Below are positions 40,101-50,104 of a stretch of 64,000 nt of DNA, in pieces. Within the stretch, counting starts at the first letter, position 1, and each line of letters starts with the position of its first letter. Under the pieces are notes generated by a model. The model was not told the DNA's origin, ran no database searches, and worked only from the letters and a program-made list of their open reading frames with translations. Made by a program: the position numbers and the translations under genes. Origin of the DNA: Candidatus Latescibacterota bacterium (GTDB lineage Bacteria > Latescibacterota > UBA2968 > UBA8231); assembly GCA_965203175.1 (NCBI GenBank), contig OZ241867.1, forward strand, positions 800,001 through 864,000. Direction: 5' to 3'.

Positions 40101-41475
40101 CGAGGCGCGTTCTAACGGCATCGGACTCCTCTTCCTCGGAGACCTAATAGCCGAACTGGACCATCTCGACGGACGGATCAGCGCAGACCTCCGGGCCGAG
40201 GGCTTGGACACAACGCTCTCATTACAAGGCCAAATAGAGGTCAAAGATCTCGAATTTGCCCTCCTCGACTTAGAGCCGATCTACGCGCTGCCCGACGGGC
40301 ACTTGCAATTCAATGACCGGCAGGTCGAGCTAGTGGGTTTCTCCGTCGAGAAAGAACCTAAGCGGGGGTTTCGCAGCGCGTCGCTCACTGGGCAGTTCGA
40401 CCTAGCGCGGCTAGACGACCCTAGCTTTGACTTGCGGCTCCAAGCCGAGCGGATGACCTCCTACTACGAGGACGTTGGGCAGTCGTTTAAGGCGAACGAC
40501 ATCGACTTAGATTTGTCTTTCGCTGGCTCGCTCAGCGCGTCCAAGTTGGCAGGGCGCGTCCGCCTTGACCAGCCGAAGTCCGAGGCGAGCCTCGTAGTCC
40601 TCGCACTTCCCGTGCCACCGCCACCACCGGCGCTGCGCGACGATTTTTTAGAGAACATGGCCCTCGCTGTCGAGGTCGATATCCGCGGCCTCGCCCTCGA
40701 CAGCGAGCTAGCCGAGGTCGAGGCATCGGGCGCGGTTGAGGTCGGCGGCACCTTCTACAAGCCGCTCTTCCAAGGCGACATAACGATAGATGAAGGGCAG
40801 GTCTTCGTACTCAATGAGCAGTTTGACATCACACAGGGACGCGTCGTCTTCAACCGCCTAGCGCCGACTAAGTCCATCCTCGACGTAATGTACGATCCCC
40901 TCGAACTGAACCCCACACTCGATTTGCAGGCTCAGACCAAGGAAATCGAAGACATTAATGACGATAAGAAGTACGTTGCAACTTTGACGTTACGAGGGTC
41001 GGCTCAAAGAGTCGTGCCCCGGCTTTCTGCAAAACCAAGTGGGGGCGAAAGCGGGGACCCGTTAGGTCCTCAGGGTACCGTCAACCTGCTGGCCTTTCGC
41101 ATGGTCGACTTCGACTACGTTGGGGCCTTTGGCTCGACTTCTGAGGCCCTTAATACAGCCGCCACGGCCTTTGGCACGGTCGCCGGCCAACTCTTGAGCA
41201 AGCAAGTCGAAAAGGTGGGACTGAATGAATTCACGGTCCTGCCGTCGAGTGAGATCGACGGGGCCGAACCAGGGACCGCTCTGCGCGCGGGCAAGTACCT
41301 CGGTGGATTGCCCTTCCCCCTCTGGGTGCGCTACGAGGCCCTGCTAAAAGAGATGGCCTGGGGCGAGGTGCGAGTCGAGCACAAAATCAAATCCTTTCTG
41401 ACCATCGTCGGCTCGGCGCAAAGCAAGTACGATAGCTATGGGCTAGGCATTGGCCTGAAGCGAGAATTCCGATGA
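37165..41475 (+). CDS. TamB/AsmA-like translocation and assembly module protein
   Basis: N-terminal anchor, long Gly/Leu-rich beta-repeat body, TamB-like C-terminus (F.I..G.V.F, P.LDL.A, RAGKYL); coupled to an Omp85 gene. Confidence 0.75.
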   Translation: MKRKLLWAVAVLGAVLVLVAVTPIGPAALAHLLERGVGGWQVSIGSRRGGLLYAFSFSDVYCKNPALGVTVNAEYIAAWPWSWEADIQAPKVRIEPGTGADSTSAATDIELPLAFFPNLNAKAGALDWQLGETRIVARDWHGAYRAVADTSAHLELTLSELQGVPLRSLTLDLALSPHRIDRGEIRAVGASDSIRTDLHASFALGLKLPRPLQVDATATVVTDSARGSLAAEVDGALTPLQLRGTLRGKGSAPTISAVDLRGDMRANSTRIVVDSLLVSLFDGTLTGEVTYFSTRDSLHTQLRGEGFDLALAAPFAGRAEFDLAAGVHLQHWRYAADFAALLRDVELISDQRFDAEITGWHRPDGATRIDLQSPVLDLVATGSSSLAGDYDLALKGALQAASFLRGAAPITLDGRAKPDTLALQLATSHLPGELGEQFGPLAADLHLFANRYLAADLRLERDLLVARADIDLANSEIDTLVADVNGLAVERVMPELGGRLDADLRGAGGLSLDALQLDGRAATSSLEYAGWQTGELALNVGWDRGTAQVAGGGPGVSLRAELDATGYLTAQADFADTLLRGVGDAVGAIGAAGGTLRWEGPLDDLDVAQGGLALNSLSLRLGEWTLQNYGPLQADYGDGYLNLAAVNLQTPIGLVGLSGWVGRDSLSVAAELSTLELSNLASDLSATGGGHLRVSGPLAKPEAQGAVTLAEMHLDTLALGNARLRLALEDSLVAEFSADAGVRLALTCPAAPLFEPGAAPAQLAIEAKAADLGPVLSYALGRSMYGRLDLDGHLEAAFEDSMPSWRDLAGYIDVRGLVIESQATADSLRLDLLSGGHFAFGEGRVVLDSVAIGLQRYDRDRRALQPAGTLRLAGQLVDTKPSQIELALENADLAFFGGPKGLVQLDAEVRGTTSAPQVTADLAVETADLGRLRGQLVGDRDGGDWHLNWTTLLDDSLTVIGRVPWDLQAGTLSLDESWLEARSNGIGLLFLGDLIAELDHLDGRISADLRAEGLDTTLSLQGQIEVKDLEFALLDLEPIYALPDGHLQFNDRQVELVGFSVEKEPKRGFRSASLTGQFDLARLDDPSFDLRLQAERMTSYYEDVGQSFKANDIDLDLSFAGSLSASKLAGRVRLDQPKSEASLVVLALPVPPPPPALRDDFLENMALAVEVDIRGLALDSELAEVEASGAVEVGGTFYKPLFQGDITIDEGQVFVLNEQFDITQGRVVFNRLAPTKSILDVMYDPLELNPTLDLQAQTKEIEDINDDKKYVATLTLRGSAQRVVPRLSAKPSGGESGDPLGPQGTVNLLAFRMVDFDYVGAFGSTSEALNTAATAFGTVAGQLLSKQVEKVGLNEFTVLPSSEIDGAEPGTALRAGKYLGGLPFPLWVRYEALLKEMAWGEVRVEHKIKSFLTIVGSAQSKYDSYGLGIGLKREFR

Positions 41476-43601
41476 GCGCGCTCGCCGCCGTGCTCTGTCT
41501 GGCTCTCGCTGGGACCGCCTTGGCCCAAGAGGATTTGCGCGAAATATCGGCCCATGAAGCCGATGGTCACAAGGTGGCTCAGATACGCTTCGTTCACCGA
41601 GGCGCAAAGCGCATCAAAGGAGAGACCTTGCGCTCGGCCATGCTAACCCAAGAAGGCAAGCGCTTCCAACGCCGCTTCTTCAAAAACGACCTGAGCGGCC
41701 TAGTCAATCTCTATTACAGCAAGGGCTATCGCGACGCCGAGATCGTCCGCAAGCTCCTGCGGTTGGACGCCAAAAACCGAGTCCACATTCACATTGAAAT
41801 CAACAGCGGTGCGCTGTGGACGGTGCGCGCCCTAACGCTCGTAGGAGGTGCGCCTTTTGCGGCCGATACCCTGCGTGCTCAGGTCGGCCTGCGCGCGGGC
41901 GCGCCTCTCGACTACGGCAAGGTGCTCGAAGGCGAGCGCCAACTACAGGTCTTTCTCAATCAGCGCGGCTACCCTCATGCCGCAGTGCGCAACGAGTGGG
42001 TGGAGGACGACCGCGCCAGCCGCAGCACAGAGGTAGTCTTTCACATCAATCCCGGGCGCAAGATGTACTTCGGTGCCGTCGAGGTCGAAAACCTCGACCA
42101 GCTATACACGCGCAAGGAGGTAATCGAGCGCTATCTGGACTTTGAACAAGGGGACTTATACAATCCCGAGCAGCTAGCCAAAAGCCGCGGGCAACTGGCG
42201 AAGACCGGCCTGTTCCGCTCGGTCTTTCTACTCACTCCCGAGACGGGTGACAGCTTGCAGCCGGTCGTGGTTCGCTTAAAAGAAAGAAAGCGCATCTCCC
42301 TAAGCGCCGGTGCCTTCTTCAGCAACATTGAGCCGCGCGTAGGCGGGGTCGTGCAGCACAACAACTGGCTGGGTCGTGGCGCTCGGCTAAGCCTCAATGC
42401 CGGTTGGGGGAAACCGGAGCAGGGCGTCACCGCGTCCTTTACCGAGCGCAACTTGCTGGGCACGGGCGCTGACTTGGTGTTGTCGGCAGGGGTCACCGAC
42501 AAGTGGCAGCCGACCAAGCAGCCGGGCAACCCAGACGACCAGCGGCAAGTCGCACTTTTGACGACCAACGATTCGGTGCTCAACGGCTTTTTGTTTATTC
42601 CCTTCGGCGGGGAAGCGACCATACGACAGTATATAAACACAGCCACCTTCAACTACCTCGCAGTTGAGCATTTGTGGAAAGCTGAAGCAACGCTCACCAA
42701 GGGTTGGCGCGAGATCTACCAAGCCCAAGTCTCTATTAGCGGAGAAGACTCGCGCACCCGGCCCGATCCGAGCGAGCGCATCGACTACGCGCCTAAGCCT
42801 CTCGATCCCGGAGACGAGGGTGAAACTAACAGCGATGAGACGACCGACGCGGACGCTCTGTTTGGCGACGGCGACTTCGATTTCTCTGGCAAAGGCAATT
42901 TCTCTGCCCAAGACGAGGTTATAGACTACAGCGACGGCAAGATCCCAGTGACGGCGGATTGGCTGCGAATTCTGACCGAACGCGAGCGCTCGGTCAATTT
43001 GGAGACCGAGTTTTTGCGCGACTCGCGCGATGACCCCTTTGCTCCCACGCGCGGTGCGCTCTTGCGGTTGACCGGACTCTACGCCTACTCGTTCACTCTG
43101 GGCCGGCACCAGACTTATGTGATCGATGGTGAGGCCGCATTCACATATTACCAACCGCTCTCGCGTCGGCTGGTGTTGGCCCTAGCCCTGCAAGGAGGAG
43201 GGGCGGCCTCGTTGCGCGAGAGACGGCCGCTACCGCAGAAGTACTGGTGGGCATACGGAGGCGAGGGGTCCCTGCGCGGCGTTGAGCGCGACGCCATAAA
43301 CGCACCGGGCGGCGGACGCCTCGGCCTGAATATGCGCGGGGAATTGCGCTATCAGCGGAACAACTTCGGTTTCGTTGGCTTTTGGGATCGGGCGCAGGTC
43401 TGGCGCAAGCCAAGCCAAGCGACCTTGTGGCACATGGTGGATGGTTATGGGGTGGGGCTGCGCTACGTTTTGGGCTTTCCCCTCCGGCTCGACATAGCCT
43501 TCAACGATGGATCCCTCGGCAACCAATCTGACGAGAAACAGTGGTGGAGGCGGTTGTATCAGCGGAAGCAGTTGTATTTTAACATTGGTCAGGCTTTTTA
43601 A
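41472..43601 (+). CDS. Omp85 family outer-membrane protein (TamA/BamA-like)
   Basis: Signal peptide, POTRA motifs (Y..KGY, RGYPHA, TGLF), barrel GGEGSLRG, C-terminal FNIGQAF. Confidence 0.88.
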   Translation: MSALAAVLCLALAGTALAQEDLREISAHEADGHKVAQIRFVHRGAKRIKGETLRSAMLTQEGKRFQRRFFKNDLSGLVNLYYSKGYRDAEIVRKLLRLDAKNRVHIHIEINSGALWTVRALTLVGGAPFAADTLRAQVGLRAGAPLDYGKVLEGERQLQVFLNQRGYPHAAVRNEWVEDDRASRSTEVVFHINPGRKMYFGAVEVENLDQLYTRKEVIERYLDFEQGDLYNPEQLAKSRGQLAKTGLFRSVFLLTPETGDSLQPVVVRLKERKRISLSAGAFFSNIEPRVGGVVQHNNWLGRGARLSLNAGWGKPEQGVTASFTERNLLGTGADLVLSAGVTDKWQPTKQPGNPDDQRQVALLTTNDSVLNGFLFIPFGGEATIRQYINTATFNYLAVEHLWKAEATLTKGWREIYQAQVSISGEDSRTRPDPSERIDYAPKPLDPGDEGETNSDETTDADALFGDGDFDFSGKGNFSAQDEVIDYSDGKIPVTADWLRILTERERSVNLETEFLRDSRDDPFAPTRGALLRLTGLYAYSFTLGRHQTYVIDGEAAFTYYQPLSRRLVLALALQGGGAASLRERRPLPQKYWWAYGGEGSLRGVERDAINAPGGGRLGLNMRGELRYQRNNFGFVGFWDRAQVWRKPSQATLWHMVDGYGVGLRYVLGFPLRLDIAFNDGSLGNQSDEKQWWRRLYQRKQLYFNIGQAF

Positions 43602-44462
43602 ATGGTCGAGATAATACATCACGCCGACGCCAGCGAGCTGATTGCGCTTGCTGGTGCTTGCCTCGAAGCGCATGAGAGCGAAAACAACTTGCCGATCGGC
43701 CTCGCGTACGCGCTCGCCAAAGATTCCCTGTGCTACGGGCCCGAGCCGCCGTTATTATTGAGCGTCTTGGAACAAGGCAGCGCGATCGGCGCGGCCGTAA
43801 TGACGCCGCCGAGAAGAATCATCCTCAGCAAGTTCGTTGCGAACGTCGAAGAGGCTATCGCCCATCTCGTTCGTCGCCTTCTTGAAACAGATGCATCCCT
43901 CCCCGGCGTTGTCGGGCCAGCGTCCGAAGCGCAAGCCTTTGCCGCTTGCTGGGCCGAGGCCGTGCCTAGTGTAGCGCCTAAGGAGACTATGCGGCTGCGC
44001 GTATTTGAGGCGCGCACGGTCGTCGACGTGCCCTTCGCTGAGGGGGCGCTGCGCTTGGCCAGCATGGACGATCATCCGCTCATGGCGCACTGGATGGACG
44101 CCTTTTCGCAGGAGGCGTTAGGGGAACCAGCCGATCTCGACAAAGCCGAGAAAAGCGCCGAGCGGTTCATTGCCGACAAACAACTGTACATTTGGGATTG
44201 CAATGGGCCGGTCTCCATTGCCAAAACGACGCGCCCGATGCGCAACGGCATATCCGTCACCGCGGTGTACACGCCGCCCGATCAGCGCAACAAGGGATAC
44301 GCCACTTCGTGCGTCGCGTCGCTGACCAAGAAGCTGCTCTCCGAGCGCTATTCGTTTTGCAGCCTATTTGCCGATCAAGCCAATCCAACCTCCAACAGCA
44401 TCTACGCGAAAATCGGCTACGTGCCTTTGGGGGATGCGCTAGAAATTGATTTTGCTACCTAA
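43602..44462 (+). CDS. GNAT family N-acetyltransferase
   Basis: [32 protein letters not shown]. Confidence 0.9.
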   Translation: MVEIIHHADASELIALAGACLEAHESENNLPIGLAYALAKDSLCYGPEPPLLLSVLEQGSAIGAAVMTPPRRIILSKFVANVEEAIAHLVRRLLETDASLPGVVGPASEAQAFAACWAEAVPSVAPKETMRLRVFEARTVVDVPFAEGALRLASMDDHPLMAHWMDAFSQEALGEPADLDKAEKSAERFIADKQLYIWDCNGPVSIAKTTRPMRNGISVTAVYTPPDQRNKGYATSCVASLTKKLLSERYSFCSLFADQANPTSNSIYAKIGYVPLGDALEIDFAT

Positions 44463-44500
44463 AACTCGCTGTCAGACGGCAGCTTTTTGAAAGAGCTATT

Positions 44501-46342
44501 ATGCAATCATTTCGCAGCAGTACCACCACGCAGGGGAGGCGCATGGCCGGCGCGCGTGCCCTGTGGCGCGCCACCGGCATGAAGACCGAGGACTTCCAAA
44601 AGCCCATCGTCGCCATCGCCAACTCCTTTACTCAGTTCGTGCCCGGACACGTGCATCTGCATCCCATCGGCCAGAAGGTCAAGGAAGTGATCGATCAGCA
44701 CGGCGGCTACGGCGTGGAGTTCAACACCATTGCCGTGGACGACGGCATTGCCATGGGCCACGACGGCATGCTCTACTCCCTGCCGAGCCGCGAGCTAATC
44801 GCCGACAGCGTCGAGTACATGGTGCAGGCCCACAAGGCCGATGCCCTCGTCTGCATCTCCAATTGCGACAAAATCACTCCGGGCATGTTGCTGGCCGCAC
44901 TCAGGCTCAACATCCCGGCGATCTTCGTCTCGGGCGGGCCAATGGAGGCCGGCAAAACCGAACTGTCAACGGGCCGCGCCAAGCTCGATTTGGTCGACTC
45001 CATGGTCGCCGCGGCTGACCCCAACTTGAGCGACGAGGACGTGGCCAAGATGGAGGAACAGGCCTGCCCGACTTGTGGCTCGTGCTCGGGCATGTTCACC
45101 GCCAACTCCATGAACTGTCTCAACGAGGCCATCGGCCTAGCCCTGCCGGGCAACGGCACCATCCTCGCCACGCACGCGCTACGCTGGGAGCTTTTTGCCG
45201 CGGCCGGCAAGCGGATTGTCGAAATGGCCAAGGCATTTTACCTAGAGGGAGACACGTCGGTGCTGCCGCGCAGCATTGCGAACTTCGCCGCCTTTGAAAA
45301 CGCCATGACCTTGGACATTGCCATGGGCGGCTCCACCAACACGGTCCTGCACCTGTTGGCCATGGCCCGCGAGGCCGAAGTCAATTTCACCATGGCCGAC
45401 ATCGACCGGCTCTCGCGGCAAGTCCCCTGTATCTGCAAAGTGGCACCGGCCACGCAGGAGTTTCACATAGAAGACATCGCGCGCGGCGGCGGCATTATGA
45501 GCATCTTAGGCGAACTGTTGCGCGGCGGCAAAATCCACCCGGAGCCCAAGACCGTTGCCGGGGCGTCGCTGGGCGACCTGATCGCCGCAAACGACATCCG
45601 CGGATCGGGTACAATCGACGCAATGGCCACGCAGCGGGCGTTGGCGGCTCCGGGCAACGTGCGGACCAAAACCGCCTTCTCCCAGAACAACTTTTACGCC
45701 GAGTCGGACGCGGACGATCAAACGGGCTGCATCCGCTCGGTCGCGCACGCCTATTCGCAGGACGGCGGGCTGGCCGTGCTTTTCGGCAACATCGCCGAGG
45801 AGGGCTGCATCGTGAAAACGGCTGGCGTCGATGAGTCGATCTGGGTGTTTGAGGGCACGGCCCAAATCTTCGAGTCGCAGGACGAAGCATGCGAGGGCAT
45901 CCTCGGCGGCAAAGTCCGCGACGGCGACGTGGTAGTAATCCGCTACGAGGGTCCCAAAGGCGGGCCAGGGATGCAGGAGATGCTCTATCCAACGTCGTAC
46001 ATCAAGTCCATGGGGCTGGGCAAGACCTGTGCACTGCTGACCGACGGCCGCTTTTCCGGCGGCACCTCCGGGCTGTCGATCGGTCACGTCTCGCCGGAGG
46101 CAGCCGAGGGCGGAGCACTGGCCCTAGTGGAAACCGGCGACCGGATTCGCATCGACATTCCCAACCGCAAAATCGACGTGCTAATCGCAGACGCCGAACT
46201 CTCCTCCCGTCGCCAAAAAATAGACGCCTACCGCCCCCGCAACCGCCAGCGCCACATCCCCCAATCGCTACAGGCGTATGCCGCACTGACGACAAGCGCA
46301 GCACACGGGGCCGTGCGGGACGTGGGTCAGCTACAGAAATAG
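44501..46342 (+). CDS. ilvD: Dihydroxy-acid dehydratase
   Basis: [59 protein letters not shown]. Confidence 0.97.
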   Translation: MQSFRSSTTTQGRRMAGARALWRATGMKTEDFQKPIVAIANSFTQFVPGHVHLHPIGQKVKEVIDQHGGYGVEFNTIAVDDGIAMGHDGMLYSLPSRELIADSVEYMVQAHKADALVCISNCDKITPGMLLAALRLNIPAIFVSGGPMEAGKTELSTGRAKLDLVDSMVAAADPNLSDEDVAKMEEQACPTCGSCSGMFTANSMNCLNEAIGLALPGNGTILATHALRWELFAAAGKRIVEMAKAFYLEGDTSVLPRSIANFAAFENAMTLDIAMGGSTNTVLHLLAMAREAEVNFTMADIDRLSRQVPCICKVAPATQEFHIEDIARGGGIMSILGELLRGGKIHPEPKTVAGASLGDLIAANDIRGSGTIDAMATQRALAAPGNVRTKTAFSQNNFYAESDADDQTGCIRSVAHAYSQDGGLAVLFGNIAEEGCIVKTAGVDESIWVFEGTAQIFESQDEACEGILGGKVRDGDVVVIRYEGPKGGPGMQEMLYPTSYIKSMGLGKTCALLTDGRFSGGTSGLSIGHVSPEAAEGGALALVETGDRIRIDIPNRKIDVLIADAELSSRRQKIDAYRPRNRQRHIPQSLQAYAALTTSAAHGAVRDVGQLQK

Positions 46343-46364
46343 CTCTACAAACAAAAGGAATCCC

Positions 46365-47321
46365 ATGAAAATCACAGTACTAGACGGACACACCCTAAAC
46401 CCCGGCGACAACCCCTGGGACCCGGTCTCGGCGCTGGGCGAATTTGCGGTGTACGACAAAACGCCTGACGACCTGATCTTGGAGCGGGCCGCAGACGCCG
46501 ACGTGATCTTGACCAACAAGGTGCCGCTGACGGCCGAGACATTTGACCAACTGCCCAACCTGCGCTTCGTGTCGGTTACGGCCACTGGGTACAACGTCGT
46601 CGATGTGGAAGCTGCGCGCGCCCGCGCCATCCCCGTGTCGAACATTCCAGTGTACGGCACCGATTCGGTCGCCCAATACACCATGGCGCTGCTGCTAGAG
46701 ATGTGCCACCACGTCGGTCGCCACGACGCTGCGGTCCATCGCGGCGGCTGGGCTGAATCGGGCCATTGGTGTTTTTGGGAGACGCCGCTGACGGAGCTGG
46801 CCGGGAAAATCATCGGCCTCGTGGGCTTTGGGCGCATCGGCCAGCGCGTCGGCGAGTTGGCCCACGCTTTTGGCATGGAAGTCTGGGCTTATGCTCCATC
46901 GCCAAAGAACCCGCCGGGGTACGCGCCGTTTGCCCTCAAGAGCACGGAGGAGATTTTTGCCGGAGCCGACGTGGTCAGCTTGCACTGCCCGCAGACGCCC
47001 GACAACACCGGCTTTGTCAACGCCGAGTTGTTGGCGACCATGAAGGAAGGGGCGCTTTTCATCAACACGTCGCGCGGAGCACTCGTCGATGAAGAAACCC
47101 TCTTGGAAGCACTGCGCGCTGGCAAGCCCCAAGCGGCGGCAACAGACGTGGCTTCCGTCGAGCCGATTGTCAACGGCAATCCGCTCTTGCAGGCACCTAA
47201 TCTGCTCATCACGCCGCACATGGCTTGGGCTACCCTAGAGGCGCGCAAGCGCCTGATGCAGATGACGGCAGAAAACGTGCGGGCTTTTCTGGACGGCACG
47301 CCGATCAACGTGGTGAACTAA
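46365..47321 (+). CDS. D-2-hydroxyacid dehydrogenase (glycerate dehydrogenase-like)
   Basis: GFGRIG, SLHCP, INTSRG, ITPHMAW. Confidence 0.92.
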   Translation: MKITVLDGHTLNPGDNPWDPVSALGEFAVYDKTPDDLILERAADADVILTNKVPLTAETFDQLPNLRFVSVTATGYNVVDVEAARARAIPVSNIPVYGTDSVAQYTMALLLEMCHHVGRHDAAVHRGGWAESGHWCFWETPLTELAGKIIGLVGFGRIGQRVGELAHAFGMEVWAYAPSPKNPPGYAPFALKSTEEIFAGADVVSLHCPQTPDNTGFVNAELLATMKEGALFINTSRGALVDEETLLEALRAGKPQAAATDVASVEPIVNGNPLLQAPNLLITPHMAWATLEARKRLMQMTAENVRAFLDGTPINVVN

Positions 47322-47326
47322 GTAAC

Positions 47327-49588
47327 ATGGTAGAGCTTAATGACGGCCAGCCCTTCGCCACGCTCGAAGACGCCCGCGATGCGGTACGGGAACTGAAGGC
47401 GACCACCGGCCTACCCGCCGACGGCCTGAGAGTCCTGGTGCGCGGCGGGGTTCACGCGCTGGCGCACGGCGTGCGCTTCGGCCCGGAGGACTCGGGTACG
47501 GCCGCAGCCCCCATCGTGTATCGCCCTGCCGAGGGCGAGACGGTGCGTCTTTTGGGCGGCCGGCAACTCGACCCGGCGGCGTGGACTCCGGTGATCGATC
47601 CTGCGGTCCGGACCCGTCTGGCCGAGGAGGCGAAGGAACACGTCGTGCAGATCAATCTGGTCGCCCAGGGAGTGACAGACCTTGGCACCTTTGTCTCGCG
47701 CGGATTCGGCCGCGACACCGCACCGGCCCATCTGGAGCTCTTTTTCAATGACCTGCCCATGACCGTGGCCCAGTGGCCCAATGCCGGACAGTTCGCCACA
47801 ATCACCGGCTTCACCAATCCGATGTCCAACCCGTGGGGCCAGGAAGCGGGAGATCTGACCGGCGGGTTCACCTACGAAGGGGACCGGCCGAGTCGCTGGG
47901 CACCGACCGACGACATCTGGGTGCACGGGTATTGGGGCTATGACTGGGCCAACTCCTACGAGCGGGTCAGCCGTCTCGATCCCGAGAACCGCTTAGTGGA
48001 AACCGCCCCGCCCCATGGCAACCACCACTTCACCCCGGGGCAGCGGTTCTACTTCCTCAATGTCCTAGAGGAGCTCGACCAACCCAGTGAGTACTACGTG
48101 GACCAAACCAACGGCATCCTCTACTTCTGGCCTCCGAGCGAGCTGTCCGAGGCGGAGACCGTGGTATCAGAGGTGAGCGAGCCGCTGCTGACGCTGCAGA
48201 ACGTCAGCCACGTGGAGCTTCGCGGTCTGACCGTGGAAGCGGGCCGTGGCAGCGGCATCGAGGCCGAGGGCGGCGAGGGGCTGCGCATCATCAGCTGCAC
48301 CATTCGCAACTGCGGTACCTGGGCCGTGCGGATCGAGGGCGGAACCAACCACACCGTGGCCGGATGCGACATCTACGGCTGTGGCGACGGCGGCGTCAGC
48401 GTCAACGGCGGCGACCGTCCTAGTCTGACTCCCTGCAACCACGCCGTCGTCAACAATCACATCCACCACTTTGCGCGCTGGACCCGCTGCTATGTCGCCG
48501 GCATCGGGGCGGGCGGGGTCGGCATGCGCTTCGCCCACAACCTGATCCACGACGCGCCGCACAATGCCATCCTGTTCTGGGGCAACGATTTTCTGATCGA
48601 GAACAACGAGATCTACCGGGTCTGCTTGGAGACCGGGGACGCCGGAGCCATCTACACCGGCCGCGACTTCACCTACCGAGGCAACGTCATCCGCCGCAAC
48701 TTCATCCACCACATGGGTGGCGTCGGCATGGGCACCATGGCCATCTACATGGACGACTGCGTCAGCGGCACCCACATTGCAGAGAACACCCTCTGGCGCT
48801 GCCAGACCGCCGTCGTGCTGGGCGGCGGGCGCGACTTCACTGTCGAGCAAAACGTCTTCGTGGAGTGTCTTCTCGCCATCGGTGCCGACGCCCGCGGGAT
48901 AAGCACCAATCCGGTCTGGCAGAACAACATCAAGGGACTGCGGGAAAGCCTCAAAGCGATGCGCTACAACGAGCCCCCCTACAGCGAGCGCTATCCCGAG
49001 ATCGCGAGGGTCGATCCGCACTATGCGGCGGGGAAGGGTGTGCCGCCGGAGCACAACCGGGTCGAGCTCAACATCTGTTGGCACTCCCCCTGGATCGGCG
49101 AGCCTTGGCCGACCGGGGCGGACAACGGCATTACCGAGAAAGACAACTTGGTCGCCATCGACCCCAGATTCACGGACGAGGCCTTCGGGGTGCTGACCCT
49201 CGGCCCGGGGTCACCGGCGCAGGGCTGGGGGGCTGGCGTGATTCCTCTCGACGAGATCGGCCTGATCCGGGACGCTGCCCGCGCCACCGTGCCGCCGCGC
49301 GTGCGCACTGCCCTAGAACTGGGGGCACCACGAAGGAACGGCGAGTCGGCAGAGCTGCGCTTGCGGTTGCGCAACGATGGCACCGACCCGGCCCGGGGCA
49401 CGGTCGTGGTAGAGACGAGCACCTCGGCCGTCAGTGAGCGCTTCGATTACGCACTGGCTCCAAGCGAAGTCCTAACCCGCGACCTGACCGTCCGTGCCGA
49501 CGACCGGACCGTGCGGATCTACTCACCGGACAGCCGCCTGCAGCCTACGCAACTGGTCATTCCCGACCCGCAGAATAAGGCGAACTGA
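47327..49588 (+). CDS. Right-handed parallel beta-helix protein (polysaccharide-active, GH141-like architecture)
   Basis: PFATLE.ARDA, ELDQPSEYY, NNHIHH, HNLIHD, DAGAIY, IYMDD repeats. Confidence 0.8.
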   Translation: MVELNDGQPFATLEDARDAVRELKATTGLPADGLRVLVRGGVHALAHGVRFGPEDSGTAAAPIVYRPAEGETVRLLGGRQLDPAAWTPVIDPAVRTRLAEEAKEHVVQINLVAQGVTDLGTFVSRGFGRDTAPAHLELFFNDLPMTVAQWPNAGQFATITGFTNPMSNPWGQEAGDLTGGFTYEGDRPSRWAPTDDIWVHGYWGYDWANSYERVSRLDPENRLVETAPPHGNHHFTPGQRFYFLNVLEELDQPSEYYVDQTNGILYFWPPSELSEAETVVSEVSEPLLTLQNVSHVELRGLTVEAGRGSGIEAEGGEGLRIISCTIRNCGTWAVRIEGGTNHTVAGCDIYGCGDGGVSVNGGDRPSLTPCNHAVVNNHIHHFARWTRCYVAGIGAGGVGMRFAHNLIHDAPHNAILFWGNDFLIENNEIYRVCLETGDAGAIYTGRDFTYRGNVIRRNFIHHMGGVGMGTMAIYMDDCVSGTHIAENTLWRCQTAVVLGGGRDFTVEQNVFVECLLAIGADARGISTNPVWQNNIKGLRESLKAMRYNEPPYSERYPEIARVDPHYAAGKGVPPEHNRVELNICWHSPWIGEPWPTGADNGITEKDNLVAIDPRFTDEAFGVLTLGPGSPAQGWGAGVIPLDEIGLIRDAARATVPPRVRTALELGAPRRNGESAELRLRLRNDGTDPARGTVVVETSTSAVSERFDYALAPSEVLTRDLTVRADDRTVRIYSPDSRLQPTQLVIPDPQNKAN

Positions 49589-49591
49589 GCG

Positions 49592-49621
49592 TTGACATTG
49601 CGCGCGATTTTCGGTTATTAT
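49592..49621 (+). promoter_or_regulatory. Sigma-70 promoter of ssrA
   Basis: TTGACA-18 nt-TATTAT, ending 7 nt before the tmRNA 5' end. Confidence 0.75.
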
Positions 49622-49628
49622 GCTCCAA

Positions 49629-49987
49629 GGGGGCGACTTGGCTTCGACGGGGTCGGAGAAGCCCAAATTGCGTGCCGAGGTCCCGACACCTCGTAAATCC
49701 TCGGGAAACAATTAAGCGACGAAACTAACACGTACGCTCTGGCTGCCTAAATTTAGCGCAGCCCATTGGGGTCTGTTGAGCCTGCGCGGCAGGCCCCAAT
49801 GTCAACTCTTAGCAGGCTGGTCCCAAACTTTCGCCCGAGGGAATGGGACGAGATTTTTCGGGCTGGCTCGTTGCGAGGCCCGTTGGCCGGCAGCGCAACA
49901 GGCAAGATAACTAAGGCCGACTACGCACGTAGTATATTTCGGTAGAACCGGTCTCGGACGCGGGTTCGATTCCCGCCGCCTCCACCA
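49629..49987 (+). ncRNA. ssrA: tmRNA; tag reading frame 49718-49750, (A)DETNTYALAA*
   Basis: 5' GGGGGCGA..GGCTTCGACG; 3' T-arm GCGGGTTCGATTCCCGC and acceptor end CGCCTCCACCA; tag ends YALAA. Confidence 0.97.
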
Positions 49988-49992
49988 TCTTC

Positions 49993-50032
49993 AAGCGCGA
50001 CCTCTGCATACCGAGGTCGCGCTTTCTATTTT
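49993..50032 (+). terminator. Terminator downstream of ssrA
   Basis: 12-bp stem aagcgcgacctc/gaggtcgcgctt followed by tctatttt. Confidence 0.75.
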
Positions 50033-50104
50033 GTTGTGTCATCCCTAAGAGGCCTTTTATATTCTCTATCTCTAATTGGCGACGTAGAGTTCGAGAGGCT
50101 CTCA

